Part shown: one piece after another, positions 1 to 13,334 of the stretch | How the letters are laid out: the number at the start of each line of letters is the position of its first letter | Position numbering within the stretch: the first letter of the stretch is position 1 | Source of the DNA: Octopus vulgaris | Lineage: Eukaryota | Assembly: GCA_951406725.2 (NCBI GenBank) | Contig: OX597839.1 | Span: 34,410,001 to 34,474,000 of the forward strand | Direction of reading: 5' to 3' | DNA length: 64,000 nt | Made by a program: the position numbers and the translations under genes | Notes under the pieces: generated by a model | What the model saw: the letters and a program-made list of their open reading frames with translations, nothing else | What the model was told of the DNA's origin: nothing | The model's database searches: none

Positions 1-2003
1 TTAATCACAAATCAATCTATTTAACATATCCAAGTCAGGTTTTATAACAGATTTTGTTTTTCAAATGAGACAGTTTTTGTCCATAAATGATATTCAGTTC
101 TAATGAAACAAATGTTGATGCGTCTGAAACTCTTCTGTGAGTAAGGCATGGCTGTGTGGTTAAGAAGCTTGCTTTGCAACCATGTGGTTTCAGGTTCAAT
201 CCTACTGCATGTTGCCTTCAGTAAAAGTCTTCTACTATAGCCCTGGGCTGATCAATTCTTTGTGACTGATTTGGTTGATGGAAACTGAATGACAGAAGTC
301 TGGTGCAGGCTTCTGTCTGGTTGGCTCCTGTCAAACCATTCCACCCATGCCAGCATGGAAGGCGGATATTAAATGATGATGACAACAAAACTGTGTGAAA
401 GCCCATCATATGAGCTTCCACTGACACATACATGTATATGTGCTGGTGCTACATAAAAAGCACCCAGTACACTCTGTAAAGTGGTTGGCATTAGGAAGGA
501 CATCCAGCCCATAAAAGCCATACAGGAAACAGACAAATGGGGCCTGATATAGCTCCCCAGTTTGCCAGCTCCTGTCAAACTGGCCAACCGATGCCAGCAT
601 GGCAAACAGATGTTAAATGAAGATGATGATGATAATGTATTTGTGTGCCTGTGTTTCTCTCCTTCTCTACTACCTGGCAACCAGTGTTGGTTTGTTTACA
701 TCCCTGCAAGTTAGCAGTTCAGCAAAACAGACCAACAGGATAAGTACTTGACTTTAAAAAAGAATTTTTTTTAAAGTACTAGAATCGATTTGTTTGAGTA
801 AAACCCTCCAAGGCGGTGGCCCATCATGGCCACAGTCCAGTGACTGAAACAAGTAAAAGATATAATAAAGACTCTGATGAAGCTGTGCTCCGCCTATTGA
901 CAGAGATACCAATGATGTGTACCATGAAGCTGTAATCTACGAGGTCAGAGACACAGGAAGATGGTACTTGCCCTTAAAGGCCATCAGCACTTCAAACTCT
1001 TCAACTATTGTTTTAAATCATTTGACATTCTGAAAATAGGTTCCATCTCAACCTCTTTGTTATGTCGATGGTATCAGGAATCTTTCCCTTCTATCTTCTA
1101 CTTGTTTCAGTCATTTGGTTGCGGCCATGCTGGAGCACCACCTTGAAGGGTTTTAGAAGAATGAATCAACCCCAGTCCTTCGGGGTTTGTTTTTTTCCCC
1201 CTTTTTTTAAGCCTGGTACTTATTCTGTTGGTCTCTTTTTTTGAACCAAGTTACAAGGTTCTAAACAAACCAACATCGGTTGTCGATCAGTGGTGGGGGA
1301 CAAACACAGGCAGGTTAACCTGGTACAGCAGAGGGGGGGGGGATCATTAAAAAATAAACATCAAAACCAGTTGAAACATTGTTTCCTCTGAGAGGATGCA
1401 TTTAATATTGGTTTCAAAATTTAGCACAAGGCCAGCAATTTCAGGGGTGAGGGAACATTGATTACATTGACCCCCAGGGCTTGACTGGCACTTACCTTAT
1501 CAATGCTGAAAGAATGAAAGGCAAAATCAACCTCAGCAGGATTTGAACTCAAAATGTAAAGATGGACAAAATGCCACGAAGCATTTTACCCCGTGTGCTA
1601 ATAATTCTGCCAACTCACCATTCTACAAGGATACATTTATGGTTAATTTCTTATTTAGTTTTGTCTTCTTAGTCTTGCAAGCTGCATAGCAACCTCACTG
1701 GTGCTGGTGCCATGAAAAAAAAAAAAGCACCCAATACATGCTATAAAGTAGTTTGCATTAGGAAGGGCCTCTAACCATAGAAACCATACCAAAGCAGGCA
1801 CTGTAGCACGATACAGCCCTTGGGTCCTTTGCATCCTGTCAAACTGTCTAACCCATGCCAGCATGGAACATGGAAGTTAAATGAAATGATGCAAGACTGA
1901 ATTTTGTAGGGGAAATGCATGAAAGATGAAATCAAGCAGCTCCAGATTTGAACCCAGATCTATGAGGAAATAAATGAAAGGCAATGCAGAATGTAGATTT
2001 CTT

Positions 2004-2314
2004 GGACAACGAAAAACCTGGCTGATGACAGTCAAGACTGACCTGGAACCCAACCTACGAAGCAATTGCCCCGGCTCCCCTTCAGGGTCAGCGAAAGCGA
2101 TGTGGTGGACAACGAAAAACCTGGCTGATGACAGTCAAGGCTGATCTGGAACCCAACCTAGGCCCCCATATCTACGGCGTTCGCCGCTGGAATAAGGAGT
2201 GGCTGAAGATCACGCGGTCGTTAGCCTTAAATCGCCAGGCCTGGTCGGCGTTTGTGAGAGATGCAGCATTGAGGATGAATGAAGCCAGCTCAACCCCCCC
2301 CCCGGGTGAATGCT

Positions 2315-2346
<32 letters not shown>
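2004..2346 (+). mobile_element. RTE-like LINE 3' end with (GAA)n tail and a local 55-bp duplication
   Basis: Translates GQRKTWLMTVKADLEP...RRWNKEWLKITRSLALNRQAWSAFVRDA. 2004-2058 is repeated at 2107-2160. Confidence 0.7.
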
Positions 2347-2348
<2 letters not shown>

Positions 2349-3420
2349 GATTTCTCCCTCTGTTGTTTTAGCCCTCATCCCCCACTCCCTTACTGTATAG
2401 TGAGTTCTTACATGAGCTACAAGGCCTTAACTTCATGGGTCAGTTGTATTTAAGAAAGAGACTGTAAGTGGAGTTGACTCTGTTGGGTGCTAGGTGGGGT
2501 CCATGAAGTATAGTGTGGGTCACCTTCAGTCACAAAGACCTGGTCGTCGTTCTTCTTGAGACTCCTCTGCCCTGGCCATGGGTTGTTGCTACCACTCTTT
2601 CGCCCACCTAGTGGTTCAGTGTCAACACCAGTCCCTCGTGTACAATTAGTCTGCCAGCTGAAGTGGTGTACTAGGGTGTGGCACTTGGAGCCAACACATA
2701 AGCAACTTAGGGCGTGATTGAGAGCCAGTGATGTCTGTCCCTCCCTACCATGTAGGGGACAATGTGCTTGACACCAACGTACGTTCTGAGTTCAAATTCC
2801 GCCAAGGTCAACTTTGCCTTTCATCCTTTCGGGGTCGATAAATTAAGTACCAGTTTCGCACTGGGGTTGATCTAATCGACTTAATCCCTTTGTCTGTCCT
2901 TGTTTGTCCCCTCTATGTTTAGCTCCCTGTGGGCAATAAAGAAATAGGTATTATATCTACACAGAGCCTCCCACACCCTGTATGAAATAACCTTATGAAA
3001 CACTATTAAACTGTAGCCAAGATCTGCTGTTGTCTAAGAAGAACTGGGAGACGGAAATTTCAAAAGAAATTTGAAATATTATAGCCTCAAATGGCAAAAA
3101 GAAATTGGGTAAAGCAGTTTTACGGAATCAATCAAGCCAAAGCAACATTAAAAACAATGCTTAAAAAGCAGTTCTTAAGTTTACTTAATGATAACATGTA
3201 TAAAGTTTCCATCTAGAGGGACAGAGAAATGCTATTTCTTATCTTATTTTCTGGTAGGGTTTTCTCTAAGATATATATTTATATATTTATACACCAATTT
3301 CGTTTCGATGATAAACTATTAATAAATACACTCACTGATATGTCTCACTCTACAGACATTTTAAGGTTACCACCTTATTTTATTTTAAAAAAAGATTCTG
3401 GGTGTAACTCAGTATCCCCT

Positions 3421-3636
3421 TACTCTTTTACTTGTTTCAGTCATTTGACTGCGGCCATGCTGGAGCACCGCCTTTAGTCGAGCAAATCGACCCCGGGACT
3501 TATTCTTTGTAAGCCCAGTACTTATTCTATCAGTCTCTTTTGCCGAACCGCTAAGTTACAGGGACGTAAATACATCAGCATCGGTTGTCAAGCATTGCTA
3601 GGGGGACAAACACAGACACACAAACACACACACGCA

Positions 3637-3668
<32 letters not shown>

Positions 3669-3840
3669 CATATATACAACAGGCTTCTTTCAGTTTCCAT
3701 CTACCAAATCCACTCACAAGGCATTGGTCGGCCCAGGGCTATAGCAGAAGACACTTGGCCAAGGTACCACGCAGTGGGACTGAACTCGGAACCATGTGGT
3801 TGGTAAGCAAGCTACTTACCACACAGCCACTCCTGCGCCT
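3421..3840 (-). mobile_element. SINE family A (tRNA head, CORE-like segment, internal TA/TG microsatellite, GAGTAAAA tail)
   Basis: Reverse complement of aggcgcaggagtggctgtgtggtaag...ggttcagtccc...ccttgggcaagtg...gactgaaacaagtaaaagag; many near-identical copies in the window. Confidence 0.9.
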
Positions 3841-3855
3841 ATAAATCTTTTTCGT

Positions 3856-4070
3856 TAAAGATCAGTGAAAAAAGAGAATACCGACGCTGAACTGTTGAGA
3901 AATCTGCAGTTACTCTATCCAGATTACAAGTTCAGGTTTATACCTGTAATTATTGGGGCCCTGGGATATGTAACACACATACCAACCTTGAGAAATTAGG
4001 CTTCTCAAAATGAGAAACGAGGAAGCTATCGCTGGAACTGTAAAAATCTGTAAAACTTTCCGGAAGTTTA
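3856..4070 (+). mobile_element. Fragment of an R4/NeSL-type (restriction-like endonuclease) non-LTR element C-terminus
   Basis: Translates AELLRNLQLLYPDYKFRFIPVIIGALGYV...NLEKLGFS...GTVKICKTF; P.(V/I)IGALG is typical of this domain's C-terminus. Confidence 0.6.
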
Positions 4071-4078
4071 TCATTTAA

Positions 4079-4299
4079 CCCTTTAGTGTTTGCATTATTC
4101 TGACACAATTAATGCTTCTTCATCCACATTATTTTGAACTAATCATGCATCATCTTGTAGCTATGAGATTTTGATGAGGTAGCTGTTAATTTTTAAAACG
4201 ATATTGTAGGGTTGGTGTGAGAGACCAGATCTGGCCAGTTTGAGCATAAAATAGGCAGAATACTTTTGGCCGGATATGGCCGGTTTAATTGCTAAAGGG
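4079..4299. mobile_element. piggyBac-type MITE
   Basis: TTAA-CCCTTTAG...CTAAAGGG-TTAA. Confidence 0.85.
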
Positions 4300-5357
4300 T
4301 TAAATATATATGAGCATGTCTTGATATGCAACTATATGCATGAGAATACATACATAAAACATTCAAATCTGTGCATATACATACATATGTACATACATAT
4401 AAGCAAAAAACCCTGTTGATGTTGGAATTCCAATGAAGGAGCCATGGATCTAAGTTAGAAACCGGCTCTTTCTCTATTGGCAAGAAATCTTGAAATAAAA
4501 CTGAACAATGACTTACATACATATATACATTCTATATGTGTGTGCGTGTGTGTGTAGGGATCTCAAAAAATAGAAAAAATGCATTTATATTCTATCAGTT
4601 TGATCTAATAATAATAATAATTAATTCTTTTTATTGGCCACAAGGGCTGACACACATGATTAGTAAACATAAAGGGACAAAACAGGACGAAAGGTTACAA
4701 AGGGTTTTGTCCGTTTGTGAAAAAAATCCGAGTAAAAACTGTTGAACAACGAAAGATTATAACAATGAAAAAACTCCCAAAAGGGGAGGTGCTTCGAAAG
4801 GTTCCTGGTGGAAAAAACCCCATAAAAGCCAACGGGAGCCTGGTCAAAAGTGGGGTAGAAAACCCCTTTCTCCTTTTATAAAACCTTTTTCAATCACAGG
4901 TGAAAACAACAACCGTAGTTGCATCTGTTGATAAGACTGAGGAAAGATTCATCAAAAGGCAAAGCAATCTCTTTGTTTAATCTAATGTTTTCATTGAGAT
5001 AAAATTGTCAACTAATAACTCAATACATATCTTATTTTCTCATCTAATTTATCATATGTTCCTGCTTTGACCTGACATGACATGACCTACCACCACACGA
5101 AACTGTTCCTTGTCCTTTTTATTTCTTTTTTCTTTTATAAGGTTCCTTGTTATCTCAAGTTAATAACTGTATCTTCCTCTCCCCTCCATCTCTTCCCTGC
5201 TCCATCAAATTGGCGAATGATGGAATCTCATTTACCTCATACTTGAAAAATATTAATTTTCAATTAACTGATTATGGCTTCACTCCTGACGACTTTCCAA
5301 TTGGCCTTATCTATCTATCTAGCTATCTCTCCCTATATGTATATATTTATATATGTC

Positions 5358-5390
<33 letters not shown>

Positions 5391-5744
5391 CCCTATCCTA
5401 ACTCTGACAATGACCTCCGTAAGTCTGAACGATATAGCTGCGCACAACCCCTACAAGGTCTACCTAACACACCTAACTCTCTTCCTCTCACCACTCCTTA
5501 CTGCATCACCTCCACTGAGCCCCCACACTTAGCACTTTCCTCAATTCTTCCTCCCTGGGGTATTAACCATCCCAGCCACATTTTTAGTAAATAACTTTGT
5601 CCTTATTAAACTAATGTTTGGAACATAAATTAAGAAGAAGTTTTAATGGAAGGTTTTTTAAAAAAAAATTTACATTGCTTTAAAACAAGAAGTTTGTGTC
5701 ATAGAAGTAGGAGTGGTCACAGGCAGATTGGTGCCAAAAAAAAA

Positions 5745-6001
5745 AAAGTTAAAGTTACCTTATCGAGTCATGTTGACCCGTAAGAGCCAGTTTCCTGGTT
5801 TCCATGATGTGTAAATTCCACACCTGGATGGGACGCCAGTCCATCGCAGGATTACTCATTTATTCCCAGGTGAATGGACTGGAGCAACATGAAACAAAGT
5901 GTTTTGTTCAAGAACACAACACGTTGCCCAGTCCAAGAATCGAAACTACAATCTTACGATCATGAGTCCAACACCCTAACCACTAAGCCACGTGCCTCCA
6001 C
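5745..6001 (-). mobile_element. tRNA/CORE-type SINE, tail type 2
   Basis: Same head and core as the 14246 element; different distal part (ctggatgggacgccagtccatcgcagg). Confidence 0.75.
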
Positions 6002-6183
6002 TTGGTGCCAAAGGGGTTCAGTTTGCTTAATCAACCTTTTATAAGAGAACCTATAAAATTTATTCAAGCCTGCACACATACTTATGTTTTTAAAGAAATT
6101 TTCTTCAGTTTATTTTTAGTTTTTAAAATTTCTGATTCCAACAAAAATATTCTGATATATGTTTTGCTTTTTGTTTATTCCAG

Positions 6184-6582
6184 AAACTCGAAGATTCAAT
6201 CTTAAAAGACAGCTGCAGTTTCCCGTCAAAGATGGACGAGTCAAATTCTTTGACTAAGGCGAAAATCCGTGAAATTATCACCAAAAATCTCGGTGGTGAT
6301 AGTTCAAGCCATACTTACATGGCAACAAATTCTCAGACACCGTCACATAATTTGGATGTGATGCAAGAAGAGAACCGTCTCCTTGCCNNNNNNNNNNNNN
6401 NNNNNNNNNNNNNNNNNNNNNNNNNNNNNNNNNNNNNNNNNNNNNNNNNNNNNNNNNNNNNNNNNNNNNNNNNNNNNNNNNNNNNNNTTGCCGTGGAGCT
6501 CAACCGAGTCGAAGACCTGCTGTCTGCAAGTCGTGCCGAAAGAGATGAGTTGGGAATCAAATATTCTGCACTAAGTGACCGG
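6184..6582 (+). CDS. CROCC: Rootletin-like coding exon (internal, phase 0/0)
   Basis: Acceptor ttattccag|6184 and donor cgg|gtaagt at 6583. Translates KLEDSILK...KIREIITKNL...MQEENRLLA[gap][30 protein letters not shown], matching the recalled vertebrate rootletin N-terminus (LIREIVTRNL...[39 protein letters not shown]). Confidence 0.93.
6388..6487. other. 100-N assembly gap inside the coding exon; probably a false gap
   Basis: The flanks share a 5-nt overlap (ttgcc|N100|ttgcc). Collapsing it gives [13 protein letters not shown], colinear with rootletin. Confidence 0.85.
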
Positions 6583-8237
6583 GTAAGTAAGATTGCATCT
6601 GTCTTTTACTTTTTACTTGTTTCTTTCAGTCATTGGATTGTGGCCATGCTGGGGCACCACCTTGATGGGTTTTCATCCTCGTGCTTTTGCCGAACCACTA
6701 ATTTACTAGGACATAAACAAACCAACATCTGTTGTGAAATGGTGTGTGTGTGTCTGTGTATGGGACAAACACAGACCCAAACACACATAAATATGTTACA
6801 TGATGGGCTTCCTCACAATTTCCTTTTACCAAATCCACTCACATTACATGTCTTTTAAAGACATGGGATGAAGCACAGCCTTTGAACGTTGGGCGTCACA
6901 GAGACGATGACAAGAGACCGAGACCTCTGGAGATATGCTGTGATTGAGAAGACCCGGCAACTAAAGTGAGATCACAGCCGTAGCCTATACCAGTGTCACA
7001 TAACCAGCCCATTTAAAAAGTACCTTTGAATCATTGGGTGACATGCCGTGCTTGAGGAGACCTATTGAGTCAAGTAAAATGAAAAATCAGAATCTCACCC
7101 AAATTGAAATCAAAAATGGAAATTGTAGTTGTGGCCAATACCAGTGCCACCTGACTGGCTCCCATGCTGGTGGCATGCAATAAGCACCATTCATGCATGG
7201 ATCATTGCCAGTACTACCTGGACTGGCTCCCCATACTGGTGGCATGTAAAAAGCACCATCCGAATGTGCCCAAAGTGCCATGCAGTAGGGCTGAACCTGA
7301 AACCTTACACCCAAAAAGCAAACTTCTTACCTCACAGCCATGCCTGAAGAAATCAAATTTAATAACATCGTTACCATCCTTTAAACCATCCCTTGAAATT
7401 TGGCTTGAAATAGATGAGATTTTTTGTTGAAATTTTCATGTAAATAAATTTTAATTAATACACATCTGTAAACGATATAATTTGAAACTTTGACATCAGA
7501 AAATGCACAAATTGATTACGGTTGAGTAATTCCTTAATCTCTAATTTCAAATTATACTTTACAAATCCTTTCCCCCCACTATCTCTAAATCCCAAAACAA
7601 AAAACAAACACAAAAAAACAACACCACAAGGATGTGGTAGGTGTAAAGTATTTGCAGACACTCAGGGAAGGAAAGAAAGGTTAACGTTTTGAGGAAAGCT
7701 CTTCTGAAGAAACAGAGGAAAGTCCAATGGAAAAGGAAGATGGAGGGAAAAAATAGCCAACGATTCACATGTAATTACATTTTGAAAACACACACACACA
7801 TATATAAGCTCAGGTAATATGAAATTCCCAAGTTTCCAGTGAAACTGTAAACAGCTTCGCACATGAATCAAATTTCAGCAACAGAGGAACAAGGAACAGA
7901 AAAGATAAAAACAGAGAACATGTCATTTGCATGGGGTTTGTAATATGCTTGGGGTGGAGTGGGGGTGGGGGGACAGGCTTAATTGTGATACATCACATAC
8001 ATACACAAACTGAGTGTACGAATGAATGTATATCTACGTAGGATCTCTGTTGATATTATTATTTATTTAATATCCTTTCCATTTCCAGTGTGCTTGATAT
8101 CATTATTGTAGCATCACAGAATCTATTGATATGGGTTGGAGTGGGGGGCGGGGAAAGTAAGGCAACAAAATTCTCTTTTCATTAACTGCCATCTGGAAAG
8201 AAATGACAAACCAGATGTGTGCACACACACATTCACA

Positions 8238-8280
<43 letters not shown>

Positions 8281-8444
8281 ACACACAGATATATATACAC
8301 ACATATTTATCCTTTATTGTTATTCCATTAATGAACAACAGATTAAACTTTTGGAAAAGAGAAATTCCTAACATCAGGCTACAACGAGTAACCTCAGATG
8401 CCAGGAACCTTCCTGAGTATCTTAGCTGTCCTTAATAATGCTGT

Positions 8445-8780
8445 TTCCTCCTCCTCCTCCTCCTTCTTCTCCTACTCCTCCTCCTTCTCCTACTCCTCCT
8501 CCTTCTTCTTCTTTTTCTTCTTCTTCTTCTTCTTCTCCTTCTTTTTCTCCTCCTTCTTCTTCTTTTTCTTCATCATCTTTTTCTTCTCCTCCTTCTTCTT
8601 CTTCATCTTCTTCTCCTTCTTCTTCTCCTTCTTCTTCTTCTCCTTCTTCTTCTTCATCTTCTCCTTCTTCTTCCTCTTCTTCTTCCCCTTCTTCTTCTTC
8701 TTCTTTTTCTTCTTCATCATCTTCTTCTTTTTCTTCTTTTCCCCCTCCTCCTCCTTCTTCTTCTTTTCTTTCTTTTTTGC
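8445..8780. repeat. (TCC/TCT)n polypyrimidine microsatellite
   Basis: Seen directly in the sequence. Confidence 0.95.
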
Positions 8781-9479
8781 TTCTCTCTCTTATTGTACAC
8801 TCTGTATACTTTCTATACATTTATGTATATATTTTTTATCCTCTCATTTCATTGATGTCTGTCTTAGTATTGTCTTCCTCATTCTTTGCCCTGGTGGCAA
8901 ATAAAAGAAATCGTTGTTGTTGTTGTTTTGGGCCTTGTACCTGTGGTGTATGCGGGAGATTTGAAGTAAGACACCTACCTTCTCTTTCGTCAACACAGAC
9001 CCCTCCGGTGGTAACGCACCCTTCCACGTGGCCCGACCCAAACGCTAGAAATAGCAGCTTCTTGTCCTCACCTTGTCAAAGTGCTCACACGTCCGGCACT
9101 GTCGGCTACCCCGATCAAAAAAAAGGCCCAATTGTCCCCTGCCTGCACGCACGTCACTGCCGCACCCTTCCCCTTCCGGTCAGCTCCCAAGTTCTGGTCA
9201 GCTCCCCAGTTGCTGACATCATCCCACAGTGCCTAGGGTCGAAAAAATAAATATGGTTTGCTCAAAAAGAATTGCGAATGGTTCTATAAAAAGATGACTA
9301 CAATACTTATCAGTTCGGCATTTATTCTCCTTTGAAGTAGTTCTCTTCTGAAACCAAACACTGTAAATTAGATATCTCATTTTGAAGAAATTACCTTTCT
9401 CTAATTGGTAGATTAGTTGAAGTTACCGTTTTAAGAAAATGGCTAAACCTTTCTTTTTCATTTTTATTTTATTACTATT

Positions 9480-9880
9480 ACTCTTTTACTCTTTTACTTT
9501 TTTCAGTCATTTGACTGCGGCTATGCTGGAGCACCGCTTTTAGTCGAGCAAATCGACCCCGGGACTTTTTGTAAGCCCAGTACTTATTCTATCGGTCTCT
9601 TTTGCCGAACTGCTAAGTGACGGGGACATAAACACACCAGCATCGGTTGTCAAGCAATGCTAAGGGGACAAACACAGACACACAAACACACACTTATATA
9701 TATATATACATATATACGACAGGCTTCTTTCAGTTTCCGTCTACCAAATCCACTCACAAGGCATTAGTTGACCCGGGGCTATAGTAGAAGACACTTGCCC
9801 AAGATGCCACGCAGTGGGACTGAACCCGGAACCATGTGGTTGGTTAGCAAGCTACTTACCACACAGCCACTCCTGCGCCT
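9480..9880 (-). mobile_element. SINE family A, full length
   Basis: Same head, body and tail as 3421-3840. Confidence 0.9.
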
Positions 9881-10280
9881 ATTATTATCTTTTTTGGCAA
9901 ACAAATTTTCCTATGACATAAATGATTCTTATGGCACAATGTCCTACAACAATCTTCAAATGTCAGCCCTTACAGAGTCGATGACAAGTGGCTGAGACGT
10001 TTGGCAATATGCAGTGCTTGAGGAGACTCCTCAAGCCAAATGAAATCATAACCGTGGCTAGTGCCAGTGTCTTGTAAATGGCACCCATGCTGGTGTCACA
10101 TAAAAGGCACCCGTTACACTCCATAAAGTGGTTGACATTAGGAAGGGCATGCAGCCATAGAAACCATTGCCAAATTAGACTGGAACCTGGTGCAGCCGTC
10201 CAGCTTCTCAATTCCAACCAACACCTCTAACCCATGCCAGCGTGGAAAGCAGACATCAAATAGTATTCTTGTTGCAAAGA

Positions 10281-10512
10281 TGGCGGCGAGCTGGCAGAAA
10301 CGTTAGCACTCCGGGCGAAATGCTTACCAATATTTCGACTGCCGCTACGTCCTGAGTTCAAATTCCGCCGAGGTTGACTTTGCCTTTCATCCTTTCGGGT
10401 TCGATAAATTAAGTACCAGTTACGCACTGGGGTCGATGTAATCGACTTAATACCTATGTCTGTCCTTGTTTGTCTCCTCTGTGTTTAGCCCCTTGTGGGT
10501 AGTAAAGAAATA
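10281..10512 (+). mobile_element. SINE family B (tRNA-like head; GCCTTTCATCCTTTCGGGGTCGATAAA central domain, Meta-domain-like)
   Basis: ggcggcgagctggcagaaacgttagc...gagttcaaattcc...ctggggtcgatgtaatcgac. Other copies lie near 1408, 2780, 15478, 25670, 41021 and 44345. Confidence 0.85.
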
Positions 10513-11079
10513 GGTATTCTTGTTGCTTGTGATATGCTTCATCGTAAGTGTCTGTGAGTGTATCTAACCAAAGAAATTTTTACTTCCATGATTGTTACAA
10601 AGATTATTATTTAAGATAAGAAAACCCGAGGAGCAGATTCTATTTTTAGGATGCCCTGTCTGATAACGATTGACTCTTTAATTGCTCTTGAATGAGTTTT
10701 TTTTGTTTTTTGTTTATTGTATTGTATCCAACTGTCTGCAGCAAAAATTCTTCCTCTGTCTCCACCTCTGCTAATGTCTTCCTGGTCTGGTCTTGAAGAA
10801 GAAACCAGGACAAATACATGAAGACACAGACAATAATAATTACTGCTACTCAATCTTGCAAGTAATTTCATAGTTGCTACTACTATCGCTGGTATTACTG
10901 CTACTGCTGCTGCTCCTGCTGCTGTCGTCATCAATTTCCATTGTTGTCATCATTGCCATCCTCTTCTAACATCGTTAGCAAAACACCCAGTCATCGATAA
11001 TTGGCATCGACATCATCATCTTACAGTACTTCCTCTTCTTGCGTTAACTATTACAGCACCAGCACCACTACAACCTAAA

Positions 11080-11590
11080 CCATTACCACCACCACCACCA
11101 CCACTACAGCCAAAACCTTCATCATTATCATCATCATCATTGTCATTATTGTCAGCATCTTCATTATCATCGTCATCACCATCATCATTGTCATCACCAT
11201 TATCAGTATCATCATTATCATCTTCATCATCATCTTTATTGTCATGATCATCATCATCATTATCATCACCATCATCATTATCATCGTCATCACCATCATC
11301 GTCATCGTCATTATTGTCAGCATTTTCATTGTCATTCTCATCATCATCTTCATTATCATCGTCATCACCATCATCATCGTCATCACCGTCATCGTCATTA
11401 TTGTCAGCATTTTCATTGTCATTCTCATCATCATCTTCATTATCATCGTCATCACCATCACCATTATCATCGTCATCACCATCATCATTGTCATCACCAT
11501 TATCAGTATCATCATTATCATCTTCATCATCATCTTTATTGTCATGATCATCGTCATCATTATCATCATCATCATCATCACCATCATTAG
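11080..11590. repeat. (CAT)n-derived compound repeat with higher-order duplications
   Basis: Seen directly in the sequence. Confidence 0.95.
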
Positions 11591-11622
11591 CCTAAACTGG
11601 TATTCCAGTTACCTTTCCATCA

Positions 11623-11662
<40 letters not shown>

Positions 11663-12179
11663 GTTTGAGTGCAACATGCATTTATGTCCAATCACAAATT
11701 TGCTAGATTATAAAACCCCTTACCAATCTTATCAACTTCCTTAAATTATGTACATTCGTTACTCATTAAATTCTTTTTTCCTTTTTCCCTAATAATTCTC
11801 AACAATTATAAGATCTATTCTACAATTCAAGACATTTTGCATTCAAGATTCAGTTTTTTCCTTTTATGAATTTTTCTCTTTGCTTTTTCTTCTCCTCATG
11901 ATTCTTATCAACTTGTCTTTCATTATGGAAAGGAAGTCGTTATTTCTACAGTAATTTTAACCTCTATCAGATTACTTTGTGGCCTTCCTAAAGAATTCCT
12001 ATAAAGCAGTCCTAATGAAACTGCAAACGTTTGTTGCAATGGCTGTTATCAAAAATAATTCTTGCTTGTTTCTTCCTCATGCAAATTTTTCTCCCTGATT
12101 TTGCTCAACTTTGAAATATACAAAGAAAACAAAAGACATGCAACATGCCTACGGTAAACCCTGGATGGTATACGAGCCA

Positions 12180-12750
12180 ATGAGAGCCTTTATGAGGCTG
12201 CTCGGTCTGCTAGAAATAGCAGTCGAATTCCCTCATATTACCCCTTTACTGATGGATAAAAAATTGAGAGAATGCTTTAGATATTGTGGTCTTTAAAGGC
12301 TATGTGCTTACTCAGTAACCAAATTCTCTCGAATCACACCTTTGCTGTTTGCTGAAAAATGAAGCGAAAACATTGGTTAATGTATTTCTAAAGGACTATA
12401 TGGTCACTCAGTCTGCTGAAAATAGCAGTCAAATTCCCTCATAAAAGCACTCTTAGTCTGGCAAACAGAGAAGAGAATATATTAATTAATGTATTTCTAA
12501 AGGTCTATGTGGTAACTCTGCTGGAAATAGCAGCCAAATTTCCTCAAGTCACACTTTTGCTGTCTTAAAAAAAAGTAGTAAATAGTTTAGTTAATGTATT
12601 TGTAAAAGAGTATGTGATCACTCAGTCTGCTAGAAATAGCAACCAAATTCCCTCAAATTACACCTTTGTTGTGTGATGGAAAAAATGTCAAGAATACATT
12701 AGACAATGTAGTCCTAAAAGGCTATGTGAGTCTGCTGGAAATAGCTATAG
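12180..12750 (+). repeat. Degenerate ~100-bp tandem repeat
   Basis: ctatgtggtcactcagtctgct(a/g)gaaatagcagccaaattccctca recurs about 6 times. Confidence 0.7.
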
Positions 12751-13334
12751 GGGAAGATACTTGCCCAAGGTGCCTTGTAGGAGGACTGAACCAGAAGCCA
12801 CACGGTTGAGAAGCAACTTCTAAACCACACAGTCGTGCCTGTGCCTATCGCCTTAAAAACAAAAGAACATTGGATTATGTAGTCCTAGATACACTTGGAT
12901 AAATAAAAAGAAAATCTAGGATGATCATAGGTGGGCCACCTTTGTTTAGAGGCATGTTCAATCAGGATTGATCTGGGGGTTAAATAGTAACAACAGCAAC
13001 AACAACAATAAAAACTGTACTGAATCATGCACCTATTTGCCCTGATTTAGTACTTTAAACTCTCAGAGGTGAAGAAACAATGATTCTTTCTGGAGGTAAA
13101 TATCTAATCTAGTTGTTTTGTTCAGTGCCAAGTGGTTTTGGCAGAACGACAGCTTTGATTTGAAGATATTAGAAGGATTAAGTCTTATCTTTTGCTGCGT
13201 CTCATTGTCACCTTGCTTCTTTTACCGTACACTCATTAACTTTCCAAGTCTGCCTAATGTAGAAATAAATCTCTTGTTGTACTATCGGAAAAAAAAAATC
13301 GCTTGGTGACTGTGACACGTGTAACAGGCAGATT

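Noticed and set aside
5400-5440. Hammerhead-like CTGACAA...TGAAC (and CCAATGAAGG...GAAAC near 4430-4465)
   Set aside because: The core boxes are mutated and the stems do not pair convincingly; at most decayed Penelope-like ends.
6583-6858. ORF-track extension of exons past their donors (also 46676-46948, 62273-62350)
   Set aside because: Rootletin similarity stops at strong GT donors, and the read-through is intron or repeat sequence.
7691-7756. Acidic peptide EESSSEETEESPMEKEDGGKK as an exon
   Set aside because: In-frame stops lie just upstream and downstream, and there are no compatible splice sites.
8398-9250. Long Ser/Pro/Phe- or Glu/Lys-rich ORFs
   Set aside because: They are translations of a (TCC/TCT)n microsatellite that is open in most frames, with no splice or homology support.
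11075-11744. Poly-Met/Ile/Ser ORFs (also 17256-17642, 46936-47314, 55481-56065)
   Set aside because: Trinucleotide-repeat artefacts.
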